A stretch of 64,000 nucleotides of DNA from a virus (lineage: Duplodnaviria > Heunggongvirae > Uroviricota > Caudoviricetes). The notes below the pieces were generated by a model. The model did no database searches, had not been told where the DNA came from, and saw only the letters and a program-made list of their open reading frames with translations. Shown in pieces: positions 27,415 through 36,369 of the stretch. Each line of letters starts with the position of its first letter. The first letter of the stretch is position 1. Made by a program: the position numbers and the translations under genes. The stretch is from the IMG/VR virus record IMGVR_UViG_2821013286_000001, positions 1 to 64,000 of that record; one strand, 5' to 3'.

Positions 27415-27654
27415 ATGACGATGAAGTATGTGCGCGACCGCTATGGTGTGCCTGTGAGACGCGGCGGTCGCGTCATTTACACAGGTGAGAAGCATCCCCT
27501 TTTCGGCACCATTCGCAGCGCAACAGGTGGCCGAGTGAATATCGAACTGGACCACGTGCGAGGTGTAATGCCGTTTCATCCGACATGGGAGCTTCACTAT
27601 CTCGCACGCGGCACTGACGAATGTAAGTTGAGGGAAGCCAATGGCATACGGTGA
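27415..27654 (+). CDS. hypothetical protein
   Basis: ATG 27415 within track ORF 27397..27654. Confidence 0.35.
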   Translation: MTMKYVRDRYGVPVRRGGRVIYTGEKHPLFGTIRSATGGRVNIELDHVRGVMPFHPTWELHYLARGTDECKLREANGIR

Positions 27655-27901
27655 TTACAACGGACCAAACAAGCCCGACAAGGGTCAAGAGGACGGAAGC
27701 TGCAACCGCACACGCTGCCAAGCTTCTCCGGCCATCTGGTGGAACCACGGCTCACACAGTTGGTATTGCGCCGACTGCCGACAGGACATCGAGTTCGATA
27801 GCCTCAACTACCGCGACTGGCAGCAGAATTACCGCCCTCGCCTCAATCATCCCATGTTCGAAACGCGCCAGATGATGGACGAGCGAAAGGCTCAGTCATG
27901 A
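27641..27901 (+). CDS. Cys-rich small protein (putative zinc-binding)
   Basis: C..C...C / H.WYCADC pattern (CNRTRC, HSWYCADC). Confidence 0.4.
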   Translation: MAYGDYNGPNKPDKGQEDGSCNRTRCQASPAIWWNHGSHSWYCADCRQDIEFDSLNYRDWQQNYRPRLNHPMFETRQMMDERKAQS

Positions 27902-28668
27902 CCAATACAATCTCCGAAGACATGCTCATTGCCGGCTGCGAGGCATACGATCGCGTAGCGGCGACCAAACACGAGCTATCCTACTCAACCAGAATTGCCA
28001 TGCGTGCTGCATTGGGCGCGGCACTTACCGCCGCTTTCCGTAATCTGCCTGATGCCGAGAAGCTCATAACCGTTGGCGTGCAGCATCAACGCTCCGTGGA
28101 CGGTAAATGGCACTACGGTGAGGCAGCGTACGCCAATCAGCAAGAGCGCGAGCTGGTCACGCGTGAGAACGCACTCCATTGGGCTTGTAAGACGATCACC
28201 GAGCAAGTCCTTATGCAAGTTGAGCGTATTGATACGTTGGAGAAGTTTAAAGCCAATGCTGTTGATAGCCTTCGGCTGGATAACGAATATTTCGATAAGT
28301 CTCAGCAGCAGATCAAGGATCTGGAGGCCGAGGTTGCGACACTAAAGGCTGAAATCAAACGCATTTCGGAAACTGATATCGACTTTAACATCAATAACCA
28401 CGTCCGTGTGCGTCTTACAGATGACGGCAAGGCGATCCTGGCTGCGCAATATGAATCTCTGCGCACCAGTTTTCCGAAACTTCCGCCTCACGCTCCTAAG
28501 CAAGAGGACGAGGACGGTTATGCGTCCTTCCAGATGTGGGATCTGATGCAATCATTTGGCTCGCACATTCATCTTGGTAGCACTCGCCTGCCGTTCCAGA
28601 CTTCGATACGGTTCGAGAATCCTCTGCGCTCGACAGTTTCCAAGGGGGCTGACGATGCAGTTTCTTGA
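27898..28668 (+). CDS. hypothetical coiled-coil protein
   Basis: ATGA overlap; heptad-rich segment QQQIKDLEAEVATLKAEIKRI. Confidence 0.45.
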   Translation: MTNTISEDMLIAGCEAYDRVAATKHELSYSTRIAMRAALGAALTAAFRNLPDAEKLITVGVQHQRSVDGKWHYGEAAYANQQERELVTRENALHWACKTITEQVLMQVERIDTLEKFKANAVDSLRLDNEYFDKSQQQIKDLEAEVATLKAEIKRISETDIDFNINNHVRVRLTDDGKAILAAQYESLRTSFPKLPPHAPKQEDEDGYASFQMWDLMQSFGSHIHLGSTRLPFQTSIRFENPLRSTVSKGADDAVS

Positions 28669-28987
28669 GCTTTTCGGACTTCTCGTTTTCGGTCACATGC
28701 TGGCGGACTACCCATTGCAGGGTGACTTTCTCGCCAAGGCCAAGAACCGCTACATGCCGATTGCCGGAGTGCCTTGGTATCAGGCTCTCGGCGCACATTG
28801 CGTCATTCATGCCGGCTTCGTCGGCGTCATCACCGGCAGCATCGGTCTCGCAGCGTGCGAGTTCTTCGTTCACTGGATCATCGATGACGAGAAATGCGCC
28901 GGAAAGATTTCCTACAATCTGGATCAGGTTCTTCACGTGGCTTGGAAAGCAATTTGGGCCGTGATCATCTTGGGAGTGCTGTCATGA
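28655..28987 (+). CDS. hypothetical membrane protein
   Basis: ATG 28655 in track ORF 28556..28987; several hydrophobic helices. Confidence 0.4.
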   Translation: MQFLELFGLLVFGHMLADYPLQGDFLAKAKNRYMPIAGVPWYQALGAHCVIHAGFVGVITGSIGLAACEFFVHWIIDDEKCAGKISYNLDQVLHVAWKAIWAVIILGVLS

Positions 28988-29865
28988 CCGAACTCAAAAA
29001 CGCTGCATGGGTCCGACCTTCTGAATTACAAAACTTAGAAAGTTCTGGCTTTGGAACGATCTGGCCTACAGACATCGAAGGCTCGCATGGCACAACTGGT
29101 CATTACCTTCCGCTCGTCACACGCGAGAGTGCAGAAAAATACGCAGCCGACCAAGTGAGAGCCGCGCTTTCCCACCCCGCGCCTGCCGTCACAGATACAG
29201 GACTTGAACTTGATATCGATGCGACGGCTGAAAATATCGCCTGTCACTTGTCCAATTATAAGAATTCCGGACGAATTCATGTGCCGACCTATCAGGGGGC
29301 AAAAGCGGGTGCGCTTATGGCGCTTCAATGCGTAGCTCCGGTTACTCGCGAGTGCGGGGAGTTGGTGACGGTTCTAATACAAAAACGCTGCACAAAACTG
29401 GTGAACGGGCATTGGGGGAGTGCGTACCTGCCTGTTGACCAGCCTTTCGACTTAATCTCGACTGACGCGGAGACTGGTAAACAATACGAATATCGTGCCC
29501 TCGTCACCCGCCAGCAGGCTGTAGAGCTATTCGCGGCGGAACGAGCGGAGAAGGAAGAATGGCGCAAACGTTATCACGCCACTCATGAGCGCTTGCTTGA
29601 GACAGACGAAAAGCTTCACACCCTAGAAGCGCAACTCGCAACTGCAAACGCAGACGCTCAAGGCTACAAGTCCACAATCCAGCATCTGACGAAGCGCGCG
29701 GAAACTGCCGAGGCCACCATTGTCACACTTAGCGGACGCCTAACCGACATTTCCGGCAAGATCGGTGCATTTCATGATGCGGATAACGAAGACGCTGAAA
29801 TGCACATCCTGGATGACATTCAGACGATCATTCTGACAGCTACGGAGGAGAAAAACCGTGGCTAA
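28984..29865 (+). CDS. hypothetical protein with C-terminal coiled coil
   Basis: ATGA overlap; 293 aa. Confidence 0.45.
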   Translation: MTELKNAAWVRPSELQNLESSGFGTIWPTDIEGSHGTTGHYLPLVTRESAEKYAADQVRAALSHPAPAVTDTGLELDIDATAENIACHLSNYKNSGRIHVPTYQGAKAGALMALQCVAPVTRECGELVTVLIQKRCTKLVNGHWGSAYLPVDQPFDLISTDAETGKQYEYRALVTRQQAVELFAAERAEKEEWRKRYHATHERLLETDEKLHTLEAQLATANADAQGYKSTIQHLTKRAETAEATIVTLSGRLTDISGKIGAFHDADNEDAEMHILDDIQTIILTATEEKNRG

Positions 29866-30154
29866 ACTGGACCACACGTACATCATCACCGGCAAGGTCG
29901 CCGCAGGTAAGCACGCTGGCGAAACCGTTGCCATTTATCATTCACCAGAAGGCGGCGGTTGGTGGCAGTGGGGTCCGATTGGTTGGGCAACGCCTTTCGT
30001 CATCGATGGAAAATCCACGAACGAAGAATTTAAGGACGCGATCAACTGCGCGCTCGGAAATACGTGGTGTGGCGGCTGCGGTCCTTACTACTACGCCGTC
30101 GATCTCCTCTCAGTTCAGCTCTCCAAGGAAAGAATAACGCGAATATGCACGTGA
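29858..30154 (+). CDS. hypothetical protein
   Basis: GTG start overlapping upstream stop; Cys-Gly-rich (CGGCGPYYY). Confidence 0.4.
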   Translation: MAKLDHTYIITGKVAAGKHAGETVAIYHSPEGGGWWQWGPIGWATPFVIDGKSTNEEFKDAINCALGNTWCGGCGPYYYAVDLLSVQLSKERITRICT

Positions 30155-30333
30155 ACCTAAAGATTGCTCAAATTGCCGTCGAACTACCTGACGGCTCCTT
30201 TGGTGTGGTGGCGCTCGATCCCGACCGGACTGCCCTGCTTCTGCCAATGATTGAAGCGCTGTCGGAAGGACCGATCAAGATTCTCCCAATTCCAGGCATG
30301 AGATATGTGCCCGTAAAGGAGGCGCTCGAATGA
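30145..30333 (+). CDS. hypothetical small protein
   Basis: In-frame ATG of track ORF 30064..30333. Confidence 0.35.
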   Translation: MHVNLKIAQIAVELPDGSFGVVALDPDRTALLLPMIEALSEGPIKILPIPGMRYVPVKEALE

Positions 30334-30611
30334 ATTTCACCGCTGAAATTTGCGAGACGCTGGAGCAAAAGGCTCGCAACTGTCGAGACAATGCTCGTGC
30401 TGAACGCGCCGTTTACGACGCCTTTATTGACGAGTATCACCGAGGAATTACCGGACATCCAGACGCTTCGCCTGAAACTCACAAGCGCTCAATGGAGCTT
30501 TATGACTTCACCATGAAAGGACAGCACCGTGAGCGCGATTTCACGCGGGATGCGGAGCTATTCGAAACACTCGCCGCCATTGGACGCGAAGCACTGGAGA
30601 AACATTCATGA
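30330..30611 (+). CDS. hypothetical protein
   Basis: ATGA overlap; 93 aa. Confidence 0.4.
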   Translation: MNFTAEICETLEQKARNCRDNARAERAVYDAFIDEYHRGITGHPDASPETHKRSMELYDFTMKGQHRERDFTRDAELFETLAAIGREALEKHS

Positions 30612-30684
30612 GCGATGCCGAAGTCAACCTTCTCCTGCTCGTATTCGGCTTCATTGTAGGAACAATTCTCTGGAGACTACCAAG

Positions 30685-30888
30685 ATGAACTTCCTAGAAA
30701 TATCAGGCGCAATCGCTATCTGGTTGGTTGGAACTTACGTGATATGCAGCGCTATCGTGTTCGCGTCGAACATCATCTTCCGAAAATACGAGATTGGCGC
30801 GTTATTCATTGGCGTCAAATTGGCTCTTATCTTTGCCGTGATGTCAGTTGTGGTGGGTCTCATCATGTTAGGTCGCGTTATGGCGTAG
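30685..30888 (+). CDS. small membrane protein
   Basis: Two predicted TM helices; preceded by a 26-aa hydrophobic mini-ORF (30608..30688). Confidence 0.4.
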   Translation: MNFLEISGAIAIWLVGTYVICSAIVFASNIIFRKYEIGALFIGVKLALIFAVMSVVVGLIMLGRVMA

Positions 30889-30906
30889 GCATCTTATTTT
30901 TGTTGT

Positions 30907-30937
30907 CTGTTATGTAAATAAACGTTGATACATAATG
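30907..30937. promoter_or_regulatory. palindromic intergenic element (tandem copy 1)
   Basis: tatgTAAATAAACGTTGATACAtaatg. Confidence 0.5.
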
Positions 30938-30986
30938 AGAATCGGTGCATAAGCCGGTTCTCACCCAACGAGGTGCAGTTTAAAAA

Positions 30987-31015
30987 CAATTATAAATAAA
31001 CATTCACACAAAATC
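30987..31015. promoter_or_regulatory. palindromic intergenic element (tandem copy 2)
   Basis: aattaTAAATAAACATTCACAcaaaatc, 13 nt before ATG 31028. Confidence 0.45.
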
Positions 31016-31027
31016 TTAGGTAACATC

Positions 31028-31246
31028 ATGATCCGAGTTATCCTGCCAGATTACAAGATCGAGGATTTTACATCCGCAAACGATGCGGTGAAGACCATAT
31101 CAGCCAGATATGGTCATTTCTTTTGCGCCCATTCACCGAAGTTTGACATCACAGTCAGTCACGTAATCGAAAGCCTTGAGAAAATCGGCTCTGCTTATGT
31201 CGGTTACGGCTTCAGCTCGATCAGCTTCACCAAGCAGGAGGGCTAA
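31028..31246 (+). CDS. hypothetical protein
   Basis: First gene after two tandem palindromic elements. Confidence 0.4.
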   Translation: MIRVILPDYKIEDFTSANDAVKTISARYGHFFCAHSPKFDITVSHVIESLEKIGSAYVGYGFSSISFTKQEG

Positions 31247-31250
31247 GCAA

Positions 31251-31652
31251 ATGGCTGCATTTCTAGTTGTTAAGAGTGTGGATGCTTACGTCAAATACTC
31301 CACAGTAATCGAGGCTGAAACCGCTCAGGACGCTATCGACGAGGCGCAGCGCTTCGACGTTGAGCATGATTGGCTCCGCGAACGTGAAGTCGAGTTCGAT
31401 GATGCCGACTATCTTCTTGAGGAAGTCGAGGAGCTGACGCCTGAAGAGGTTGAGGAAGAGAAAAGCCGCGAGCCGACCGATCAGTACGATCTGACGGACG
31501 CCGAGCGCGACATGATTATCGCGGCTCTTCGTTTTTGGCAGGCCGGAGACTTCTCTCCCGCAGAGCTTGTCGAAATCGCCAAGAACGGTCGCAGTGATTT
31601 CATGGACGACAATTCCATTGATGATCTGATCGAGGGAAAACTCAATGTTTAA
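31251..31652 (+). CDS. hypothetical acidic protein
   Basis: ATG 31251 within track ORF 31176..31652. Confidence 0.4.
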   Translation: MAAFLVVKSVDAYVKYSTVIEAETAQDAIDEAQRFDVEHDWLREREVEFDDADYLLEEVEELTPEEVEEEKSREPTDQYDLTDAERDMIIAALRFWQAGDFSPAELVEIAKNGRSDFMDDNSIDDLIEGKLNV

Positions 31653-31947
31653 TCGTCTCACCAAAGCCACCTACGGCTTTTTCGCACGCCTGCGCCTGGC
31701 TCTTGCTGCATTCGAGTATGGACACTCTGGCGCAGTGTTCTTCGCCGTCGTCTATGACAGCTACGAAGGACTTGATCGCTCCAAGGACGATCCGCGCGAG
31801 GAATACTACGAGCTTTTCGAGACGCCTGAAGAGGCTGCTTTCATGTTTCGCGATGCATATCCCATTGAGCGAAACATGGCAGACAATCCGCGCCTGGTGA
31901 TGGTCTTTGGCGGCATTGATCGGTACAGGAGCGCCCCAAATGGCTAA
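31645..31947 (+). CDS. hypothetical protein
   Basis: Overlapping start; 100 aa. Confidence 0.4.
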   Translation: MFNRLTKATYGFFARLRLALAAFEYGHSGAVFFAVVYDSYEGLDRSKDDPREEYYELFETPEEAAFMFRDAYPIERNMADNPRLVMVFGGIDRYRSAPNG

Positions 31948-32176
31948 CGTAGTCACCAATACGCAGCGCGCCGGTTGGGCAGCAAAAGCATTGACGGCCT
32001 ATCTCTGCTCGCATGAATGCGACGACGACCCAGAAACAGTCATTCAGGATCTGATCTGCGATCTGCTCCACCTGGCACGCCAACAGTGCGGTACGAGCGA
32101 CAATGGGCTAGTCGCCTTAGCGATGCGAGCTGCTCACGGCAACCAAATCGAAATGTCTGAAGATCCGGAGGTATAA
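31940..32176 (+). CDS. hypothetical protein
   Basis: In-frame ATG in track ORF 31907..32176. Confidence 0.35.
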   Translation: MANVVTNTQRAGWAAKALTAYLCSHECDDDPETVIQDLICDLLHLARQQCGTSDNGLVALAMRAAHGNQIEMSEDPEV

Positions 32177-32177
32177 A

Positions 32178-32405
32178 ATGGACCTCGCGAAAACGCAGTT
32201 CCTAGTCGAAGACCACATCACCCACACGAACATCGTTTCGTACAGACGGCGCAGAAAAGGCATGCTCTTCAAGGGTGGCGAGCCGATGCGTCTGATGGAA
32301 TGGGAGGAATGGTGTCCTTTCAAAGAGAAGTGGCCCGAAGAAATCGCCAAGGACAATGTTACCTGGGAAACGGTCTGGGTGTTGGAGCAGGCGGCATCGA
32401 AATGA
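32178..32405 (+). CDS. hypothetical protein
   Basis: 75 aa; tight spacing. Confidence 0.35.
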   Translation: MDLAKTQFLVEDHITHTNIVSYRRRRKGMLFKGGEPMRLMEWEEWCPFKEKWPEEIAKDNVTWETVWVLEQAASK

Positions 32406-32608
32406 ATGAGACGCCTGAGAAGGATCTTTCCATCACGGAAATGCTCTTAATGATGATGTCCATCGTGCCTTCACTCGCCTGTGTTGGCATCGCCGGTCTG
32501 CTTGTGCTCCGCAACTTAGACGGATGGGGATGGTTTCTGTTTGTCGCCATCTGCTTATTTCCGAGAATTCGCACAGGCAAAGCTGCATTGGAGAAGAATG
32601 ATGACTGA
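32402..32608 (+). CDS. small membrane protein
   Basis: ATGA overlap; two hydrophobic helices. Confidence 0.35.
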   Translation: MNETPEKDLSITEMLLMMMSIVPSLACVGIAGLLVLRNLDGWGWFLFVAICLFPRIRTGKAALEKNDD

Positions 32609-32954
32609 TATATTCGTATTCGGAAGCAATCTCGCCGGTCGTCACGGCGCCGGTGCCGCCAAACACGCACTCATGCATCACGGCGCTATTCTGCTCCAGG
32701 GCGTCGGCTTGCAGGGACGTAGTTACGCAATCCCAACGAAAGACGCTCGCATTCTGACGTTGCCGTTAGAGCGCATCCGTCCATACGTCGAGGAATTCAA
32801 GGAATTCGCTCGCGAGCATCCAGAGCTGACATTCTATGTCACGCCGATCGGCTGCGGCCTCGCAGGCTATAAGCGCTCACAGATCGAGCCGATGTTTGAA
32901 GGCATGCCGGATAACTGCCGGTTTGCTGAAACATGGGAGGATCACGTGGGATGA
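32598..32954 (+). CDS. conserved Gly-loop protein (FGSNLAGRHGAGAA; possible nucleotide/ADP-ribose-binding Rossmann-like fold)
   Basis: FVFGSNLAGRHGAGAAKHA and PIGCGLAGY loosely resemble macro-domain NAAN..GGGV and ISTGIYGYP loops, but the protein is only about 118 aa. Confidence 0.4.
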   Translation: MMTDIFVFGSNLAGRHGAGAAKHALMHHGAILLQGVGLQGRSYAIPTKDARILTLPLERIRPYVEEFKEFAREHPELTFYVTPIGCGLAGYKRSQIEPMFEGMPDNCRFAETWEDHVG

Positions 32955-33127
32955 GTGATAAAATAGCCAAGCTCGACGCTATCGCGAACGCTATGATGGA
33001 TAGCCGTCCCGACCTCGCACCTATGAGCCTTGATGAATGGCTTTTGGAGCATTCCAGCAAACTATCCATTCGCGAACGCAAGGCTTGCGTTGCAATACTC
33101 GAACTTTATCCAGAGTACGGCGGCTGA
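32951..33127 (+). CDS. hypothetical small protein
   Basis: ATGA overlap; 58 aa. Confidence 0.3.
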   Translation: MSDKIAKLDAIANAMMDSRPDLAPMSLDEWLLEHSSKLSIRERKACVAILELYPEYGG

Positions 33128-33309
33128 TGCTCCGCAAACTGCTCTGCAAAATTGGTTTTCATTCGTGGTCCGTCATTGAGTTTGAGACGAGCAGAGTTGG
33201 CGGTCCCTATGTTTGGATGTGCACGTACGAGCCGGAGAGGGTCTGCCGGCACTGCAACAGGCTCAAATATCAAGCCAATTCAGACCCAATGAATTTTCAG
33301 CGAAAGTAG
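33127..33309 (+). CDS. zinc-ribbon-like small protein
   Basis: H..S....C...C..C pattern (HSW...WMCTYEPERVCRHC); TGATG overlap. Confidence 0.35.
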   Translation: MLRKLLCKIGFHSWSVIEFETSRVGGPYVWMCTYEPERVCRHCNRLKYQANSDPMNFQRK

Positions 33310-33322
33310 AAGCATAGAGCGA

Positions 33323-33580
33323 ATGAGCGCTCTGTGTAATGGAAATAATTTGTTTGGTGACGCTATGAGCGACATGGAATGCTGGATCACTCTGCGCTTT
33401 AAAGGCTCAATCGACACCGAGGCTGATCCCGATCAGGTGGCGCAAAATCTTCTGATCTATCTCGAAAATCAAGTTCGTATGGGCAACCAGGATCACGGAT
33501 TCATGGTTGAGCAAAACGGTGATGTGATGGAAGTCGAGACCGAGGATCAGATTTATGAAACTGAAGGACAATTGGAATGA
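33323..33580 (+). CDS. hypothetical acidic protein
   Basis: 85 aa. Confidence 0.4.
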   Translation: MSALCNGNNLFGDAMSDMECWITLRFKGSIDTEADPDQVAQNLLIYLENQVRMGNQDHGFMVEQNGDVMEVETEDQIYETEGQLE

Positions 33581-33711
33581 CGAAGGTCTTCCCCTCAATC
33601 ATGATCCTCATGTCGATCGGAGCGGCAGCCGCATATCTCTACGATGGTGACTGGCGTCGAACGACATATTGGATTGCCGCTTCAATTCTTACCGCCACGG
33701 TGACATTTTAA
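33578..33711 (+). CDS. small membrane protein (44 aa)
   Basis: MTKVFPSIMILMSIGAAAAYLYDGDWRRTTYWIAASILTATVTF; not in track. Confidence 0.3.
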
Positions 33712-33720
33712 GGACCAAAG

Positions 33721-35121
33721 ATGAATATTACAGGGCATACTCTTATCGAATGGGGCTTTAAGCCTGGTCCGATGTTTAAGCAGATGATTGCGGCTGCAAA
33801 CGAAATGCGCGCCAACTGCGTTCTGGACACGGACATTATCGCTCAACTGCACGATCTGGAGCCGGTTGTCGCGCCAACCATTCCGCTGCGCACAAATTCG
33901 ATCCCTTTCGGCCAGTTCATCGAGCCGGAAACTGCTGATGAAATTGAGAACACGGAAGCTGTTATTCGTCACATGGACGCGCTCATGCGCGTCCCAACGA
34001 TCAAGGCTGGCGCAATCATGCCTGACGCCTGTCCTTCCGGCTCCGCGCTTGGAACAATCCCGGTCGGTGGTGTCGTTGCATGCGAGAACGCCATTCATCC
34101 AGGCTTCCATTCTGCCGACATCTGTTGCTCGATGGCTATTTCGATCCTCAATCGCCGTGACGATGTTGGAAAGGTTCTGGACGCGGCGATGAAGTCCACG
34201 CATTTCGGCCCAGGTAAGCGCGCAGCGAGCGAAGTGCGTCAGAATAAGGAAGTTGTTCATCTGATCGAGAAATTCGCTCAGAACCCGTTCCTTGACGGTT
34301 TGGAGAGCTATGGCACGCACCACTTCATGACGCAGGGCGACGGTAATCATTTCCTCTACGTTGGTGAGCTGGAATCGAGCGGCCAGATGGTCATCGTAAC
34401 CCATCACGGTTCTCGCGGCCTGGGAGCGCAGCTCTACAAGCGTGGCAAGCGTGTGGCCGAGAAACACACCAAGATCGTGGCTCCGCGCGTCCCGTTACAC
34501 AACGCCTGGATTGAGGCCAGCTCCATTGATGGTGAAAACTACTGGCAGGCGCTTCAGACGGTTCGCCAGTGGACGAAGATGAACCATTTCGCCATCCACG
34601 ACCTGATTGCTCGGCGTTTGGGCGTTCGCGTGAACGACCGTTTCTGGAACGAGCATAATTTCGTGTTCCAGAAGTCTGACGGCCTTTTCTATCACGCCAA
34701 AGGCGCAACACCTGCTTATGACGGCTTCAGTGCTGATGACAGCGGCTACACGCTCATTCCCCTGAATATGTCTCAGCCGATCCTGATTGCCGGCCACACC
34801 AACTATGATCACGCGCTTGGCTTCGCGCCGCATGGTGCCGGTCGGAATATGTCGCGTACGCAGCATATCAAGCGCCTCGCAGCCGAGTTCGGCGATGACC
34901 GTGGTCTTGGTCCAAAAGCGATTGAGGCAATCATGGCGCGTGAGACGAAAGGTCTGGACGTTCGGTTCTACACGGGCGCGCCGGACGTGTCTGAGCTGCC
35001 TACTGCCTATAAGAACGCCGCACAGGTGCAGGAACAGATTCGAAAGCACAGACTGGCGACGATCGCGGATCGCGTGATGCCGCTTGGTTCAATCATGGCA
35101 GGTGAAGTGCACTGGAAATAA
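33721..35121 (+). CDS. rtcB: RtcB RNA 3'-phosphate ligase
   Basis: RtcB motifs MPDACPSGSALG, GDGNHFLYVGE...VTHHGSRGLGAQ, YHAKGATP, APHGAGRNMSR. Confidence 0.8.
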   Translation: MNITGHTLIEWGFKPGPMFKQMIAAANEMRANCVLDTDIIAQLHDLEPVVAPTIPLRTNSIPFGQFIEPETADEIENTEAVIRHMDALMRVPTIKAGAIMPDACPSGSALGTIPVGGVVACENAIHPGFHSADICCSMAISILNRRDDVGKVLDAAMKSTHFGPGKRAASEVRQNKEVVHLIEKFAQNPFLDGLESYGTHHFMTQGDGNHFLYVGELESSGQMVIVTHHGSRGLGAQLYKRGKRVAEKHTKIVAPRVPLHNAWIEASSIDGENYWQALQTVRQWTKMNHFAIHDLIARRLGVRVNDRFWNEHNFVFQKSDGLFYHAKGATPAYDGFSADDSGYTLIPLNMSQPILIAGHTNYDHALGFAPHGAGRNMSRTQHIKRLAAEFGDDRGLGPKAIEAIMARETKGLDVRFYTGAPDVSELPTAYKNAAQVQEQIRKHRLATIADRVMPLGSIMAGEVHWK

Positions 35122-35149
35122 CAGCGCGCCACTGCTTCTCCACCGTCAA

Positions 35150-35180
35150 ACATTCTACAATTCTAGAAAAGTAACTTTCT
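35150..35180 (+). promoter_or_regulatory. TTCTAGAAAAG-taa-CTTTCTAGGA inverted repeat overlapping the RBS of gene 35195
   Basis: Two TTCTAG half-sites in an imperfect palindrome; the same half-site occurs in the hub palindrome. Confidence 0.35.
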
Positions 35181-35194
35181 AGGAGGGATACATT

Positions 35195-35890
35195 ATGGGA
35201 ATTCGCATTCATCGCGCCATGGGTTGGGGCATGTCCATCGACAAGTTGGCGCTGCATTACAAAGGACCGCTCGACGCGCATTCCAAAGGGCTTCATGCAG
35301 TAACGAACGGACTTTTTAGCCTGTTTGACGATGCAGACGTGAATAGCGAAGCGTTCAATGTTCCGAAAGAGGTATGTCAGCATTCCTTCCTAAACAAAGC
35401 GAATGAAGATGGTATGGCTTCGTGCTGGATCTCCGAGCCGCACATTCTCGCGAAGCAGAGCACTGATTTCGGCAGGCTTCCTTTTGAGCCAGATCCGGCA
35501 TCTTACCTCTTCGATCTCATTGGCTATGACGACTACACGGATATCGTTTTCTATCCCGACCTGCACACTCGCTCTTCATGGCATCGCTACAATGATGACA
35601 TGGATTACTATTTCGAGCAGTGGCGTGGCGACGACGTGAGCCGCGATGCGGATCCAGAGACACGCGATTTCGTCAAATACATCCCGTACAACCCCTGCCC
35701 TTATGGCAACAACCTGATGAATGAGGCTGGTGGTCATGAGGATTGGCAAATGTTTACGGAGCTGCGCAAGCGACCGGACCTTGTGCCTGCCGTGCACTCG
35801 TCGATCCGTTGGTATCTGACGAAACTCGGCGTCATGGACAACGAAGGTGTCAATCAGCTTCGTCCTGTCATTGCACAGTGGTGGTCGTGA
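35195..35890 (+). CDS. hypothetical protein
   Basis: 231 aa immediately after rtcB; AGGAGGG SD embedded in a TTCTAG inverted repeat. Confidence 0.5.
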   Translation: MGIRIHRAMGWGMSIDKLALHYKGPLDAHSKGLHAVTNGLFSLFDDADVNSEAFNVPKEVCQHSFLNKANEDGMASCWISEPHILAKQSTDFGRLPFEPDPASYLFDLIGYDDYTDIVFYPDLHTRSSWHRYNDDMDYYFEQWRGDDVSRDADPETRDFVKYIPYNPCPYGNNLMNEAGGHEDWQMFTELRKRPDLVPAVHSSIRWYLTKLGVMDNEGVNQLRPVIAQWWS

Positions 35891-36183
35891 TGCGGACGAC
35901 AAAACAGCGAATTGAAGACGCAAAGCAGGCAGCTTCCGAGACGCAAAAGTCCTGGAAACACCGGTGTCATGCCATTCTTAGCGCGCTCGGTCTCGATTTC
36001 GGCGATCCTGACTTCGAAATTCCGTCTGTTCACGAGCGCAAACTGAATGCCCTCACCAGGATCGTTGACGCTTACGACGCCGCGAATCCCTTTCGAACCG
36101 CAGATATGCACTCGTCGGACTGTGAGTGTTTGCGTTGTGCCGTGGATGAGGCCCGCGCGATTGTCGAGGAATCAAGTTATTGA
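35890..36183 (+). CDS. hypothetical protein
   Basis: TGATG overlap; 97 aa. Confidence 0.4.
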   Translation: MRTTKQRIEDAKQAASETQKSWKHRCHAILSALGLDFGDPDFEIPSVHERKLNALTRIVDAYDAANPFRTADMHSSDCECLRCAVDEARAIVEESSY

Positions 36184-36369
36184 TTTCTATTCCATTTTCG
36201 CAGTGTCCCAAACCTATCTAGCCGTTAGGTTAAGTCACTGTGACGCTTTTTCAGAATAATGCTGACATCTGATAACTAAAGATTATCGATGGTTATCGGA
36301 AATGCCGCATTGCCTCGAATTTGCAGCCGCTTTAAAGCGGCTTTTCCATTATCTGACCGGAACTCGACA

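Noticed and set aside
32598-32954. Calling the Gly-loop protein a macro domain
   Set aside because: Loop similarities (NAAN..GGGV-like and ISTGIYGYP-like) are suggestive, but the protein (about 118 aa) is too short for a canonical macro domain. Kept only as a low-confidence hypothesis in features and findings.
33682-34467. 261-aa minus-strand ORF
   Set aside because: Antisense to rtcB, with no start context or motifs. The overlapping 34495..35049(-) is rejected for the same reason.
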